Source of the DNA: Eledone cirrhosa
Lineage: Eukaryota
DNA length: 64,000 nucleotides
Direction of reading: 5' to 3'
Assembly: GCA_964016885.1 (NCBI GenBank)
Contig: OZ024741.1
Span: forward strand, 89,404,001-89,468,000
This document shows positions 42,575 to 55,409 of this stretch, one piece after another. How positions within the stretch are numbered: position 1 is the stretch's first letter; every line of letters begins with the position of its first letter. The notes beneath the pieces are model-generated. The model was not told the DNA's origin, searched no databases, and was given only the letters and a program-made list of their open reading frames with translations. The translations under genes and the position numbers were made by a program.

Positions 42575-43857
42575 CTGAATGCGATGAAATGTGAAAACAA
42601 ATGGAAACGATTTAAGGAGTCAGTGTATATCTGGGCTGATGTGGTTGGTTTTGCAAAGCGTAAGCGCCAGAATTAGTTTGACGAGAATGACAAGGAGATA
42701 AGTGAGTTGCTATTATTAAAGAAGAGAGCACTTTCGACATTACTCAATAAATAAAACACACAAATGCATTTGAAGATGTGAAATCTTGTGTCCAACAACA
42801 GCTGAGAAACAAGAGACACGGAATACCAAGGTTGACGAAATTCAATCTGCCTCCAATACCAACAATAGTAAAGCGTTGTATAATTTTTTTCGTGAGGTCT
42901 ACGGGCCTTCATCTTCTGCTGTTGTATCTAAAGATTGAAAAATCTCTTATCAAATAACCATAGGAACTTTTAAATCAGCCTTCAGAGATTGATGAGGAGT
43001 TTCTTGAGTCAATACTATGCAGACCTGTCAAAGATGCTCTGGCAGAGGTTTCGTCAACATAAGAAATCGAAGCCACTGTTCAGAAACTTAATAGTGGTAA
43101 GTCTCCTGGTATGGATGGCTTGTTTGCAGAATTCTTTAAGTGTGGAATTGAAAACTGAATGCGTTGCCTTGCCTCTTTGATACAGACAGTTAGGATAGAA
43201 GAGATAGTATTACATAATTGGAAAAATGTTCTGATGATTACCCTATATAAAGGAAGGGATGGAAAGGATGACTGTAGCAACTATAGAGGTGTGGTGCTGC
43301 TGTCAGTGGCAGGAAAGATTCTGTGCAGAATTATGCTTGACAAACTTATGTTACACATAAGTCTGACGATTTTCTTTCAGAATCCCAATGTGGTTTTATA
43401 CAGGGCAGAGACATAGTGGACCTGCTATTTTCGGCTAAGGAAAAGTGTATGGAAAATGGAGTAGATCTGTTTCAAGTGTTCGTTGACTTGACAAAGGCAT
43501 TTGACACAGTTAATAAAGAAGTTCTTTGGAAAATACTGCGACAATTTGATGATGACATGAAAGCCTGGGTGAATATTGGAGGAAGTGTGTCAGAATCTAT
43601 TGCGGTAAGGAATGGCGTCAAGCAGGGTGACATAATAGCACCAACACTATTTTCACTGTTCTTTGCAGTGGTATTTTTAATGGTATTTAAAGACTGTTGA
43701 CATGGAATATACATTAGGTTTCTTACATCTGGGAAGCGTTTCAACATAAGACGCTTTGGTGCCAATGCGAAGGTCATGTACTCACTGTTGAGAGAATCTC
43801 TGTACGCAGATGACTGCGATCTCGTTGCCCCCACGCAGGAAGATATGCAGCACTAAT
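42575..43857 (+). mobile_element. Degenerate RTE-clade LINE reverse transcriptase
   Basis: KSPGMDG, NYRGVVLLSVAGKI, FVDLTKAFDTV, GVKQGDIIAPTLF, LYADD across several frames. Confidence 0.88.
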
Positions 43858-44166
43858 ATCGTGAAGTACCTTAACTTGAATATAAACAAATCCTCACCAA
43901 TCCAATGTTATTCATGAACACATGCAAATATAATAACAGTCGATCTCACAGAGGGACATTTATGTCCGAGGCCTGTCACACAATATCAAGGTATGGCATA
44001 CATATACGTAACTAACAAACTCAAGCTAATGCAACCCATAAACTCACATTCTTTATATAATTCATATGAGAATTCACATCCTTATAATTCATTCTTTGTT
44101 TTTCTCGTTTTATTTGATAGCGTATCGGAAAGTAGAACAGCCAAATCTGTACGATCAAACGTCACT

Positions 44167-44172
44167 ATGCAG
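44167..44172 (+). CDS. TMEM229B: Probable first coding bases (Met-Gln) of the TMEM229B-like gene, in exon 44121-44172
   Basis: Pyrimidine tract plus TAG acceptor at 44120; ACT-ATG-CAG|GTATGT strong phase-0 donor that fits the phase-0 acceptor at 51224. Confidence 0.55.
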
Positions 44173-44376
44173 GTATGTTGATAACAAATCCCACTTAGAA
44201 TTTCTTTTATATATCTCACTTCACTTACTTCTGCATTTACTTTGATTGTGAATCAAATTGTTTTTAATATGTATGTATGTTCTTCTGGTTTTATAATTTT
44301 ATAATTTTTTTACCAATAGAGAGAGAGTCGGTTTCTAACATGTTAGAAACATGTTACGCGGTATTTGAAAAAAAAG

Positions 44377-44790
44377 GATGAGTATTGACGTACATGGGAC
44401 ACGAACCAACATCTTTGGCTTGCTAGTGTTACCATTACACCAACACGCCACCCATGCTTGCTTCCATTCAATTAGAAGCTATATAACCATAACAGGTATA
44501 TATGTATGTATATAAATAGGGAGACACAAAGCAGGTTTTGTTTATAAACAGCTAGCGAATTTGAAAATTAGGTAGTAATATGTGCTTACGCCGTATTTCA
44601 CTAAATAGAATTAGTCTGTTAGTTGGGATTTAAAAAAAATCCTCTGAATGGAAAGAATGATGAGTATTGACGTACATCGTATGGTTATATAGCTTCTAAT
44701 TGAATGGAAGGATGCATGGGTGGTGTGTTGGTGTAATGTTAACACATTGCTCGGGCAAACCAAAAATGTGGGTTCGTCTCCCATGCATAC
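44377..44790. repeat. Inverted pair of tRNA-like SINE heads
   Basis: ~44390-44490 is the reverse complement of ~44680-44785; GATGAGTATTGACGTACAT directly repeated at 44377 and 44659. Confidence 0.65.
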
Positions 44791-44849
44791 ATGTGTGTGT
44801 GTAAGCACATACGTAAACACATATGAGTAGAATCGTGTAAACACATGAA

Positions 44850-46830
44850 TGCTTATACCTGATTTCTCCCGGGTGGATAATGTGCTCGTAAGCGGGCTTA
44901 TATGTGCCCTTATGTGTAGAGTCCAGTGGCTTTCTAAGTTCGGTGTTGTGTGCCTAGTTCTATGTTAGGTATTGTGTGCTTAGCTCTAGTCTACTATTGA
45001 TTTGCGAGTGTGTTCTGGCTATGATTGATGCTTCCTTAATTCTGAGATTGCCGAGGTTTCTTTCTTTTGTTTCAACCTTAACTGTTATTTTGGTGGTGTT
45101 TTTGCATTTCTCTAAATGTTTCTTGAATGAGGAAGTGTTAGTGTTAATGTGTTCCTTAATCCTGATGTGTAGGTGTCACACTGGACTCTATTCACGATGT
45201 ATTCTTGATGGCATATGTCTGTGTTATCGATGGGGCAGTTGGCCAGCGTGCAACGTCTGCTGTGTTCTCTAAGTAGTCTCCTAGATAGTTGTCCACGTAG
45301 TGAGGGCCCCGAGTGAGCTAGTTTTAAGTCTAGTTCTTCTCTTCGGATGGCTGTTGTGTTATCACTGACATGTGGGAACTTCAGGAAGCAGGTGTTGGTG
45401 GAGTTCGTGCTTCGAATGCAGTGTTTCCTATTTCTAACGTGGTTCACGGTGGATGTCGGGTAACCGTTGAGCTTAAGCACTTCCACGAAGTGTGTGGTGT
45501 ACGTGTCTCGATCTCCTGTGGTCTGCATTTAATCCAGATACGTGTCAGTTCATTCCTTATGTATCCGGACTTGGCACCAAGGAGGAGGGCCGATTTAAAA
45601 TGGACGAATAGGTCCCTGCTAGCGGATTGTCTGTAGAAGCTGGTGTGGATGCCGCATTCTTCCGTTACCCAGAGTTGGAAGTCTAGCAGGGAAAGAGATC
45701 CAGTGTCATCGGGGTGTTCCATGCTGAACCTCATAATAACGTCCATGCTGGAGAATGCCGTGTATATTTTGTCTGCTTCTTCACGGGATGTCATCAACAT
45801 ATCGGGTCAGGAAGGCACAGGAGTGGCAGGTGTTGAGAGCCCGACATTCCATCTGGTTCATATAAGTGATGGCCAGCAGGCCCGATAGGCTGGATCCCAT
45901 AGGTAGTTCTGTTGTCTGTCTGTATGTGTGACGGTGGAAGGTGAAGTAAGTATTATCCACCATGATAGTTAGAAGCTGGTGTATGTCTGCTGGGTGGAGG
46001 CCGTAACAGTAAATGTTCTCGGAGACTATGCAGTCAGTCAATAAGTTGACAGCTGGGTGAGCGGGGACTGTATTGTAGAGAGAGACAACGTCGAGGCTAA
46101 AGGCGTAATTATTGAGTCTAATTTGGTCTGGTTAGAGTTGGTGGAGTCTTTGTATAACTTCATCAGAGCTACTGACATGCCCGGGGAAGGTGGAGAGAAT
46201 AGACTTAAGGATCTGGGTGAGATGCTAGGAAATTTTATTTGACACAGAATTCCTTCTCTTTGTCGGAGGGTAGGTAGATGAGCTCCCTTTCTCGCAGCTT
46301 TTTCAGGGTGAGTTGTTGGGTCCTGGAGAGATTTGGGGGTATCTTCTGTTTCCGCAGGATATTGAATATAGACTGCTTCGGTATTGAGAGTTTCTCATCA
46401 AGTTCACGGTTGGTAGGTGGTGGACAGAGTGGGTGGTCTAGCTGGTATATTGGGAATCTGGTGGAAATGTGTTTTTTTCGGTAGCGTTGTTGCCGATGGC
46501 CGATATCCATTTTAGCTGGTAGGCAGCCCGGCAAAAATTCATTTCAAGGTCGAGCCATAACCTATCGCCCAGTTTCTGTTTGAATATGAACTCGGGTCCA
46601 AGACTGAGGAGATCTAGTTCGTTTCGGGAGAAAAATCTTGTCAAATCCGTGACGAGGTGTCTTGCATCGAGTGGTGTGTTGTTGGTCGGTGCGCCATCAG
46701 GCTCGGTGTTGGTGCTGTTCTGCATGCCTCTGTTGGTGTTATGAAGGAGACTGTTAACAAGATGATCTGCTGTGTTGAGTTTGAGGTATTTTCGCTTTAA
46801 GCGTTTTTTCTCGTGATCTAGACGGTGGAA
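44850..46830 (-). mobile_element. Degenerate Penelope-like element of a different (YVDD-type) lineage
   Basis: LSLGPEF, YLPSDKEKEFCV, LPMGSSLSGLLA, RYVDD, LSLLDF, LKLNGYP and Cys linker CTLANCPI; many frameshifts. Confidence 0.82.
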
Positions 46831-47055
46831 AAGAGGTTAGAAAAAATAAATAAATAAAACCACTTCCGGCCAGCATGGTATAGCAAACCACATCGGACAC
46901 TGGAATAGTTCCTTTATTTTCCTCGGAAGAAGAGATATTAATCTCGAAATATCATGACATATGAATAAATTAAGGTAAAAAAATAAGCCCTGTTTCTTAC
47001 GATTTAATTATTCTCCGTCCAAACCTGCATTGTCGTGGCATTCAAACTTCGAATT

Positions 47056-48025
<970 letters not shown>

Positions 48026-48469
48026 TTTGTTTGTTTTCATTTTTCAAACAAAGTGCTCAATACACACATGTGCTAGAAGTGTGTGTTGGTAAACTGGATA
48101 ATTTCCTCAAAATAAAAGATTGTATGCCAACCACGCTGGACCACTAATCACACGAAACATTTAGTTGTGAGGAAATAATCTTGTCTACCAGTAAAATTGT
48201 GTGTGCGTGAGAGTGCTGATTCTCTTCTTAATCTCAAATACCTATAAGGGCTGTACTTAACTCTGATTTCAGTAGTTTTAAGCGGATTAAAAACAATTCT
48301 TCTCTGTGTTAGAGGCTGATCTGTCGCTGGTTGCCTTCTCTGCTGTGAATGTATCATTGTAGCACTGAGTTACATCAGGTATTTTTCTACCTGAACACTC
48401 CATGGTAAAATACACTCTACCTGAAGGTTTGTGGAAGGTGACGAAGAATTAAACTTGACATCAACCCCA

Positions 48470-49475
48470 TTCAAGTAATTAAAGCACTATATGACAACTC
48501 AAACAAAGCAGTTCTCCTGAATAAAAACACTGGAGAATCTTTCAGGACAACAGTGGGAGTTTGACAACAGTGTGTCTTTTCTCCGGTGTTTTTCAACATC
48601 TTCCTGGAAATCATCATGCAAGAGATTCTCCAAGACTTCCACACCTCAGTTTCCATTGGAGGATGGCCCATTTCCAGCCTGCGATTTGCTGATGACATCA
48701 ACCTGTTAGGAAGCAGTGAGGCAGAACTCCGGGAGCTCGCTACCAGACTGGAAAAAGTATCAGGAGCATATGGAATGGAGATCAGTTCGGAAAAGAGCAA
48801 AATTCTAGTTAATAGTAATAATACAGCAACCAACATTATGCTGAACGGAGGAAGTGCCTAGGATCCACTCTAACCAAAGATGGTAGATCTCAAAAGGAGA
48901 TACTGACAAGACTCGCCCTGGCCACTTCTGCCATGGGAAAGCTGAATGTCATATGAAAAAGCAACTTCATCAGTTTTCCAACGAAGCTCAAACTCTACAA
49001 GTCCTAGATGACTTCGATCCTTTTGTATGAGTGTAAGAGTTGGACTCTCACAGCTGACATGGAATGAAGAATTCATTCATTCAAACACAAGTGCTTCAGA
49101 ATGTTTCCACACATCCCATACATGGAGCACAAAACAAACAGCTTTGTCAGGCAGCAAGTTAATAAGTGTGCTGGCAGACAGAAACCACTCCTTGTGACAG
49201 TGAAAAGAGGGGAGCTTGCCTGGTATGGTCATATATCCTACCATAACTCCTTGTCCCAAACCATCCTTTATGGCACAGTCGAAGGAAGGCGAGGAAGAGA
49301 CAGACAAAGAAAATCCTGGTCCGACAACATCAAGACTGGACTGGTCACAACACCGAGACTCTTTACATATGGCGGGGAATAGAGACCAATGGTGACCACT
49401 GACTGCAAAAGCATCTAGAGTGGTACCCCAACAACTGGCTGCAGCAGTTGCGGGAACATGATAATGATAATGATG
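48470..49475 (+). mobile_element. RTE-like LINE, 3' half
   Basis: LRFADDINLL, YGMEISSEKSKILVN, ILYGTVEGRRGRDRQRKSWSDNIK; (ATG/ATA)n tail. Confidence 0.88.
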
Positions 49476-49831
49476 TATTTAACCATGGGTCGGTTTATGC
49501 TTTCTAAGGGAAATTAGGTAGTCGGAAAATGTGTAAAAGCCTATAGGATGGACTGTAATTGATTTTTCTATTAAAACATATTTTATTTTTATAGATGGGG
49601 TTAATAGTTTAAAAACAAATTATAATCGTAAGTTTCTACATTATTGTTTCTAAGCATACTTGCAGACTCCACTGATGATAAACAAAGTCTATTAACCTTC
49701 CTTTAAATAGTGTTACATATTTCTCTATGGAATGGACATCTGTTTCGACGATGAGTGCTTCAGTTGTTCGATCAGCGGAACAACCTGCTCGTGAAATTAA
49801 CGCGTAAGTGGCTGAGCATTCCATTTATATA

Positions 49832-50746
49832 CGAGGTGTGTCAGAAAAGTTCCAGGACTGATGTCACGAAAGATTTATTTCAAACCCAAACTTCACCCTA
49901 AGAGTTTTCTCCTTCAAAGTAATCCCCCTGGAGCATGTAACTGTAATCTTAGCTCTCTGCAGCGATCAAACTTTTTTTTCATAATTTTATATACATGTCC
50001 TCTGTTTCAGGTTGTCAAGCAATGAGTACAGAGCAACGAACAAACTTGAAGTTTCTGGTACAGTTGGGGAAAACTCCGTCAAAAGCACTGGGATTGCTGA
50101 AACAAGTGTATGGAGATGAGACGATATCACGCTCACGTATTTTGGAGTGGTGCAAGAGGTTTAAAGAAGGACGCGAGGACGTAGAAGATGACCCCAGGAG
50201 CGGAAGGCCCTCAACAACCAGGACTGAGGTCAACGTTGAGCGCGTCAGGCAGATGGTGCGTAGCGATCGTCGGCTGACTGTTCGACTGATGGCAAATGAG
50301 CTGGGCATGAATCGGGACAGCGTCTGGAAGATTCTCACTGAAGATTTGGACATGCGGAAAGTCTGCGCGAAGATGGTGCCAAAACTGCTCAACGATGACC
50401 AGAAGGGTCGACGCATGCAAGTATGCCAGTATATCCTCGATCGTCTTGAAACCGAACCAGACTTGCTAGGGACAGTCATCACCGGTGATGAGTCATGGAT
50501 CTTCGAGTACGACCCGAAGGGGACCCGTTTTGAAGACGTGGACGACATCAAAAAGGTCGTGACCACGGAACTGCGGAGGATCCCGAAAGAACCCTTCCAG
50601 GAGTGTATGCAAGCGTGGCAGAAAAGGATGGAAAAGTGCATTAGACTCCAGGTGGATTATTTGAAGGAGAACACTCTTAGTGTGAAGTTTGGGTTTGAAA
50701 TAAATCTTTTGTGACATCAGTCTTGGAACTTTTCTGACACACCTCG
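49832..50746 (+). mobile_element. Internally deleted mariner (915 bp) with ~100-bp TIRs and TA TSD
   Basis: TA-CGAGGTGTGTCAGAAAAGTTCC...GGAACTTTTCTGACACACCTCG-TA; inverted identity over 49832-49933 / 50646-50746. Confidence 0.93.
50022..50714 (+). CDS. Truncated mariner transposase: intact DNA-binding region, catalytic core deleted in frame
   Basis: MSTEQRTNLKF...DDPRSGRP...KMVPKLL...TGDESWIFEYDP joined directly to KGTRFEDVDD. An upstream in-frame ATG lies at 49995. Confidence 0.7.
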   Translation: MSTEQRTNLKFLVQLGKTPSKALGLLKQVYGDETISRSRILEWCKRFKEGREDVEDDPRSGRPSTTRTEVNVERVRQMVRSDRRLTVRLMANELGMNRDSVWKILTEDLDMRKVCAKMVPKLLNDDQKGRRMQVCQYILDRLETEPDLLGTVITGDESWIFEYDPKGTRFEDVDDIKKVVTTELRRIPKEPFQECMQAWQKRMEKCIRLQVDYLKENTLSVKFGFEINLL

Positions 50747-51224
50747 TATACTGTAGGTGTAAATTTTGAATAGATATATATTTTCTAATGTACTAGTAAT
50801 ACCATCCCATTTAACACATATGTATCCTTCTCGTAATTCTCACGGCGATTCGGCATGACACAGTGTGTGACAAGGTCGACCATTTAAATTCCAGATACCA
50901 TCCATCTGACAGGCCTCCAAACAGTTTCTGTCTATCGAATTTCACTCACAAGGAATGGGTCGATCCGAGGCTATGGTAAATGACACTTGCCTAAAATGCC
51001 CCACAGTGGGATCGAACCCAGGAATTATTAATTGCGAAGCCAACTTCTTAACCATTCGGACATACTGCATTCACTTTAGTGTGATAACTAAGCACACAAC
51101 CACCATATTTCATTGTTGGTTTGATTTTTCAATTTGAAATAGAATTTGCAATTTTTAAATTACTTTGATATTGATAAACAAATGTTGTTTTTTTTTTCTA
51201 TCCTTTTTTTTTTTTACATTTTAG

Positions 51225-51722
51225 CAACCGAAAAAAGAATTAAAAAGACCACCAATTTCTGGAAAGCCAAATTTGATACCACTGTCACTTTCACAGCGTT
51301 TTTACATCTATGCTATCCACGGATATGTGGCAGAAGTAACGTACACAGCAATCTGGGATGTCGTTTACCACAAAAATAACAAACTTCATGGAATTACCAG
51401 TATTTGGTGTCTTTTTATCTATGGTATTTCTATGTTAGTACTTGAACGACTCTATTTCATACTACGTTTTAAAATATCCTTATTTCTTCGAGGAATTGTC
51501 TATGTACTATGGATTTTCCTTTGGGAATTCAGCACAGGTTTTTTGTTGAGACTCTTTGATGCCTGTCCATGGGATTATTCCATGTTTAAAGGCAACATTA
51601 TGGGACTAATCACGCTGGAGTACGCACCTATGTGGTACATCGGTGGAATCTTGACAGAAAAGCTAGTCATATCATTTTCACGGCAACTATACTGGGGTCC
51701 ATATTTAGGAAAAGACCAATAA
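51225..51722 (+). CDS. TMEM229B: Transmembrane protein 229B-like, terminal coding exon
   Basis: RFYIYAIHGYVAEV, GITSIWCLFIYG, LWEFSTG, ACPWDYS, MGLITLEYAP match the TMEM229B family as recalled. Long T-tract plus AG acceptor at 51224; frame open to TAA at 51722. Confidence 0.92.
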   Translation, partial: QPKKELKRPPISGKPNLIPLSLSQRFYIYAIHGYVAEVTYTAIWDVVYHKNNKLHGITSIWCLFIYGISMLVLERLYFILRFKISLFLRGIVYVLWIFLWEFSTGFLLRLFDACPWDYSMFKGNIMGLITLEYAPMWYIGGILTEKLVISFSRQLYWGPYLGKDQ

Positions 51723-51790
51723 TATTTGAAACCAGAAAACTTTGGAATTATAAGTTAGAGAAATGCGTGTTGTCTGAATATTTATTTTAT

Positions 51791-51796
51791 AATAAA
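51791..51796 (+). promoter_or_regulatory. Candidate polyadenylation signal
   Basis: First AATAAA after the TMEM229B-like stop; weak evidence in AT-rich DNA. Confidence 0.35.
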
Positions 51797-52389
51797 ACAA
51801 TTATTAAACGTTTTCATTGGAAAGGAAAACAAAAACACCATATATATATATATATACACACACATATATATTAACTTAATATATCCCTTCCATATACTGT
51901 ACCGATTGTGTTGTTATTTCTGTTTACCTTTTACATATATATTCGGGAAACCTCTGGTAATGAGGTAATTATATTGTATTGTTGTTTTTTATACATTATA
52001 TATATATACATACATATATATATACATACATATATGTATATATATGTGTTTATATATATGTGTGTGTATATATATATATGTGTGTATATATGTGTGTGTG
52101 TGTATGCATATATATGTATGTGTGTGAAAGAGAGAGGCGGGGGGAGAAGTACATGCTGTTTTTTTTTCTATAAATCTATTCACATTTTCAATTCGTCTAT
52201 TATATATATAGGAATGGATTGTTTTGGAAGCCTTTATATAATTGATAAGCCGGTGTTCCTGTAATATAGTCGACAATAATTATACATAAACTTCGTTACT
52301 CTTTATAACACATTGTTTTTTTTTTTCTTAAATTCAGTCATTGTTATATTATTTATTGATTTGTTTATTTAAAAGAGTATTGTTGAGCA

Positions 52390-52800
52390 GGTACTGTGAA
52401 ATCTGTGCTTTGTTGATGATGTCTAATAATACCGAAACATATTCCCAGTTGTCTCCCGTACTTGCCGAAATGATTAAAATAATAGTGGTCATTGATCTAA
52501 TTTTATCTTTTTCTCACAACATAATCATTTCTAATTAGATTTCTTAAATCTCATTGGATTAAGTATATTAACACTAACTTACCATCTCTAAATTTGATGA
52601 TATATATTTTTTAATATGCTATTTTTTCATGTCTGCTCTATATCTATTTAGTGCTCCTCTCATCACTTCTTCGACAAGTACAGTGTGGTATATGCTCTGC
52701 TAGATGAAGTTTAATAAGACTGAAACATATCTGCAGTTGTCACCAGTACTTGATGAAATGATTAAAATAATATAGGTGTTTAGGTTAATGTTATCTCACC
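52390..52800 (+). repeat. Diverged direct repeat (period ~288 bp), each unit with a decayed hammerhead core
   Basis: TTGATGATGTCTAATAATACCGAAAC (52413) and CTAGATGAAGTTTAATAAGACTGAAAC (52700); both followed by GTACTTG..GAAATGATTAAAATAATA. Confidence 0.6.
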
Positions 52801-53272
52801 ATAATATTCTTTAATGCTCATTTCATTAACTCTTAACATCCTTTAATGATTTAGTAGAAAAGATCTAAAAATAGGTTTGCTAATTCAGATTTTTTTAGAG
52901 TATCTTTATTAGAAGACAGATCATTCTGAAAAATCGCAGTGAACTAAAATAAGCCTTTTAATGTAATGCAGTCATATTGCTATTGCTTTTCATGATTGCC
53001 ATGCTAATATACCGGATGTTAAAGGTTAAATATATTAACAATTATTGTAGAATAAAAGATAAGCTTATCACCTGCTTTGACTAGGACCTAGTTTTAATTC
53101 CTGTTTAAAACCATTTCACTTCACCTAAAACACAAATACCTTTTTCATATCATGGTCCTATAACTCATAATGAAGTCATATTTTGGGCATTTAAAACTGG
53201 CGAAACCCATCCTCTTCTAGGCCTGATCACAGACAATTTCTTCCTGAAATAGAGGAGGAGGAGAGGGAGGAG

Positions 53273-53332
<60 letters not shown>

Positions 53333-54207
53333 AACCCTCGAAAAGTTGAAAGGTAAAGTAGCCCTCAGCCTGTTAGGAACTCAGCGTATACAATGGAAAC
53401 AAATTCCTCAAAGCATTCTACCCGACGCCTTCATAAATGCCTCTAAGAATGACGTAAAAGTAATACAGTCGCAGTCTCCTCCTTTGTACATGTTGGATCA
53501 TATATTTCAATAATTCTAACATTGTCACAATGTCAGTATTTTGGGAGGAAAAGAAAAATCGATGGTATTAGCCCTAGTACTTAATTGGTACTTATTTTAT
53601 CGACAACGGGAGGATAAAACGTAAAGTTAACCTCCGACGTTCTGATGATACTGCCAAATCAACATTTATTGATTTAGAGACAAAGGGTTTTTTAATGGCT
53701 TAGCCAGAGCAGGAATGGTAGCGTCCACGGTCCCCCACCACTACCTTTTCTTATCTGACCTTCGAGACTGGTGGAAAAAAGGACAGAAGTTATCCTCGTA
53801 CTAGATAGTTACCCAGGCCGAAGGCTTGCAACAGAATGTACTCCACCAAAGGTATCCTAGGAGAAGGTGAAGGTGATGGTGTTGAACAAAGCTACGGATT
53901 ATATATACTTCCATAATTTAGAATAGAAACGACGCCACTGGACATATTTGGTTGCATGGATGTACAGAATGTCACTCCAGACATATCTGGTAATGTGGAT
54001 GTACAGTATGAATGTATTTGATTGTATGTATCTAAAGTGTGGTAATTAGAAGAAGAAGGAGGAGGTTTGCTGAGTTGTAATTAATTAGTTGTTTGTGAAT
54101 AATTATAGTCAGTTGGTAGGTTACAGTCGGTGAAATAGTCATTGAGACACCTCTTATTATAGTCTTCTACATATAACAAACAAATATATATATATATATA
54201 TGTATGC

Positions 54208-54271
<64 letters not shown>

Positions 54272-54399
54272 AATACGAAGACAAAACGATTGAATCTCAC
54301 AGATTTGTAATTAATGCCAGAAAAGAAACCGCATATGACCTCACCTAAATTAGAAACATGAATGGTGTGCCCCTCCGCCCTCACTATCAATGTCATCCA

Positions 54400-54590
54400 A
54401 GGGAAAGGCAATGGCCAATACAGCTTGGCACCAGTGACGTCACAACTAATTTCTACAGCTGAGTGAATTGGAGCAACGTAAAATTAAGTATCTTGCTCAA
54501 GGACACAACGTACCACTCCGTCCGAGAATCGAAGTGAAAACCTCAGGATTGTGAATCCAACGCTGTAACCACTAAGCCACGCACCTTCAC
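54400..54590 (-). mobile_element. tRNA-derived SINE, family 3
   Basis: Minus strand GCGTGGCTTAGTGG (A-box), TTCGATTC (B-box), then TGTGTCCTTGAGCAAGATACTT. Confidence 0.75.
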
Positions 54591-54597
54591 AAATTCT

Positions 54598-54722
54598 AGA
54601 CGTGGCCCCTGGACGATGGAATTCCGGTGCTGCAATATGCGTTCGAGGTATCGATGTTCATTGTGTCCTGAAATCACACCAGTTCCGCGAATAACTTCGT
54701 TCTTCATCGCCAGATCCCCCGT
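54598..54722 (-). pseudogene. Dispersed, diverged 5.8S rRNA copy
   Basis: Minus strand CGATGAAGAACG...GTGA..TCAGGACACAATGAACATCGATACCTCGAACGCATATTGCAGCACCGG...GGGGCCACGTCT; no 18S or 28S nearby. Confidence 0.85.
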
Positions 54723-55409
54723 CCATATACGGCATTGTAGATATTAACGAACTCCTAATTATGTATACTGTAGGTGTGAATTTTGAATAGATATATATTT
54801 TTTAATGTACCAGTAATATCATCCCATTTAATGCTCCGAATTCACAGCTGAAAGAATAAGTTGAGATAGGCATTCGCTGGTGTTCACTAACAGTTCTACA
54901 GAAGCATGTCTCTCATAGGCAAAAAAAAAAAAAAAAAAATGTTTCCATTACATGTTGAATGAAGTTTATGGTTTAATCAATTTTGTGTCAGAATTGACAT
55001 GCTGGTAAATTTTACTAAACATAAATTTAGTGCTTATGATGAAATTGTTAAGATTGAGGAGGATTTCACGCTAAAATAAAGTGTCAGTAGGTAATCACTA
55101 GGTATATCATATGTTTTAACTTACTTATAAATCAAACCTAACCAAATTTCTGCATCCAAAGATTACATATATTTGATTTAAATTTAGTGCTCTATCCTGG
55201 ATTGTGATGAATTCGTCACGATTTGTGAGCATTTGAAGCTGAAATAACATTATGTCTAAATATTACTTGGTGATAGGTACTCGAATTTCTTTTCTCTAAC
55301 AATTGTCTTTTAGAATGGGGATGGGGTGCATTTAATGCACCAGTGTACTTACAACCATCTGTAATAAGATTTGGCAGACAAGTAAATGGTTAGCATCCTC
55401 AACTCAGTC

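Noticed and set aside
44709-44785. tRNA gene
   Set aside because: A/B-box-like sequence only, no complete cloverleaf; a SINE head.
50015-50641. 208-aa minus-strand ORF
   Set aside because: Antisense shadow of the mariner transposase.
51273-51722. Single-exon gene starting at TTG 51273
   Set aside because: The frame is open back to a strong splice acceptor at 51224, so a spliced model fits better.
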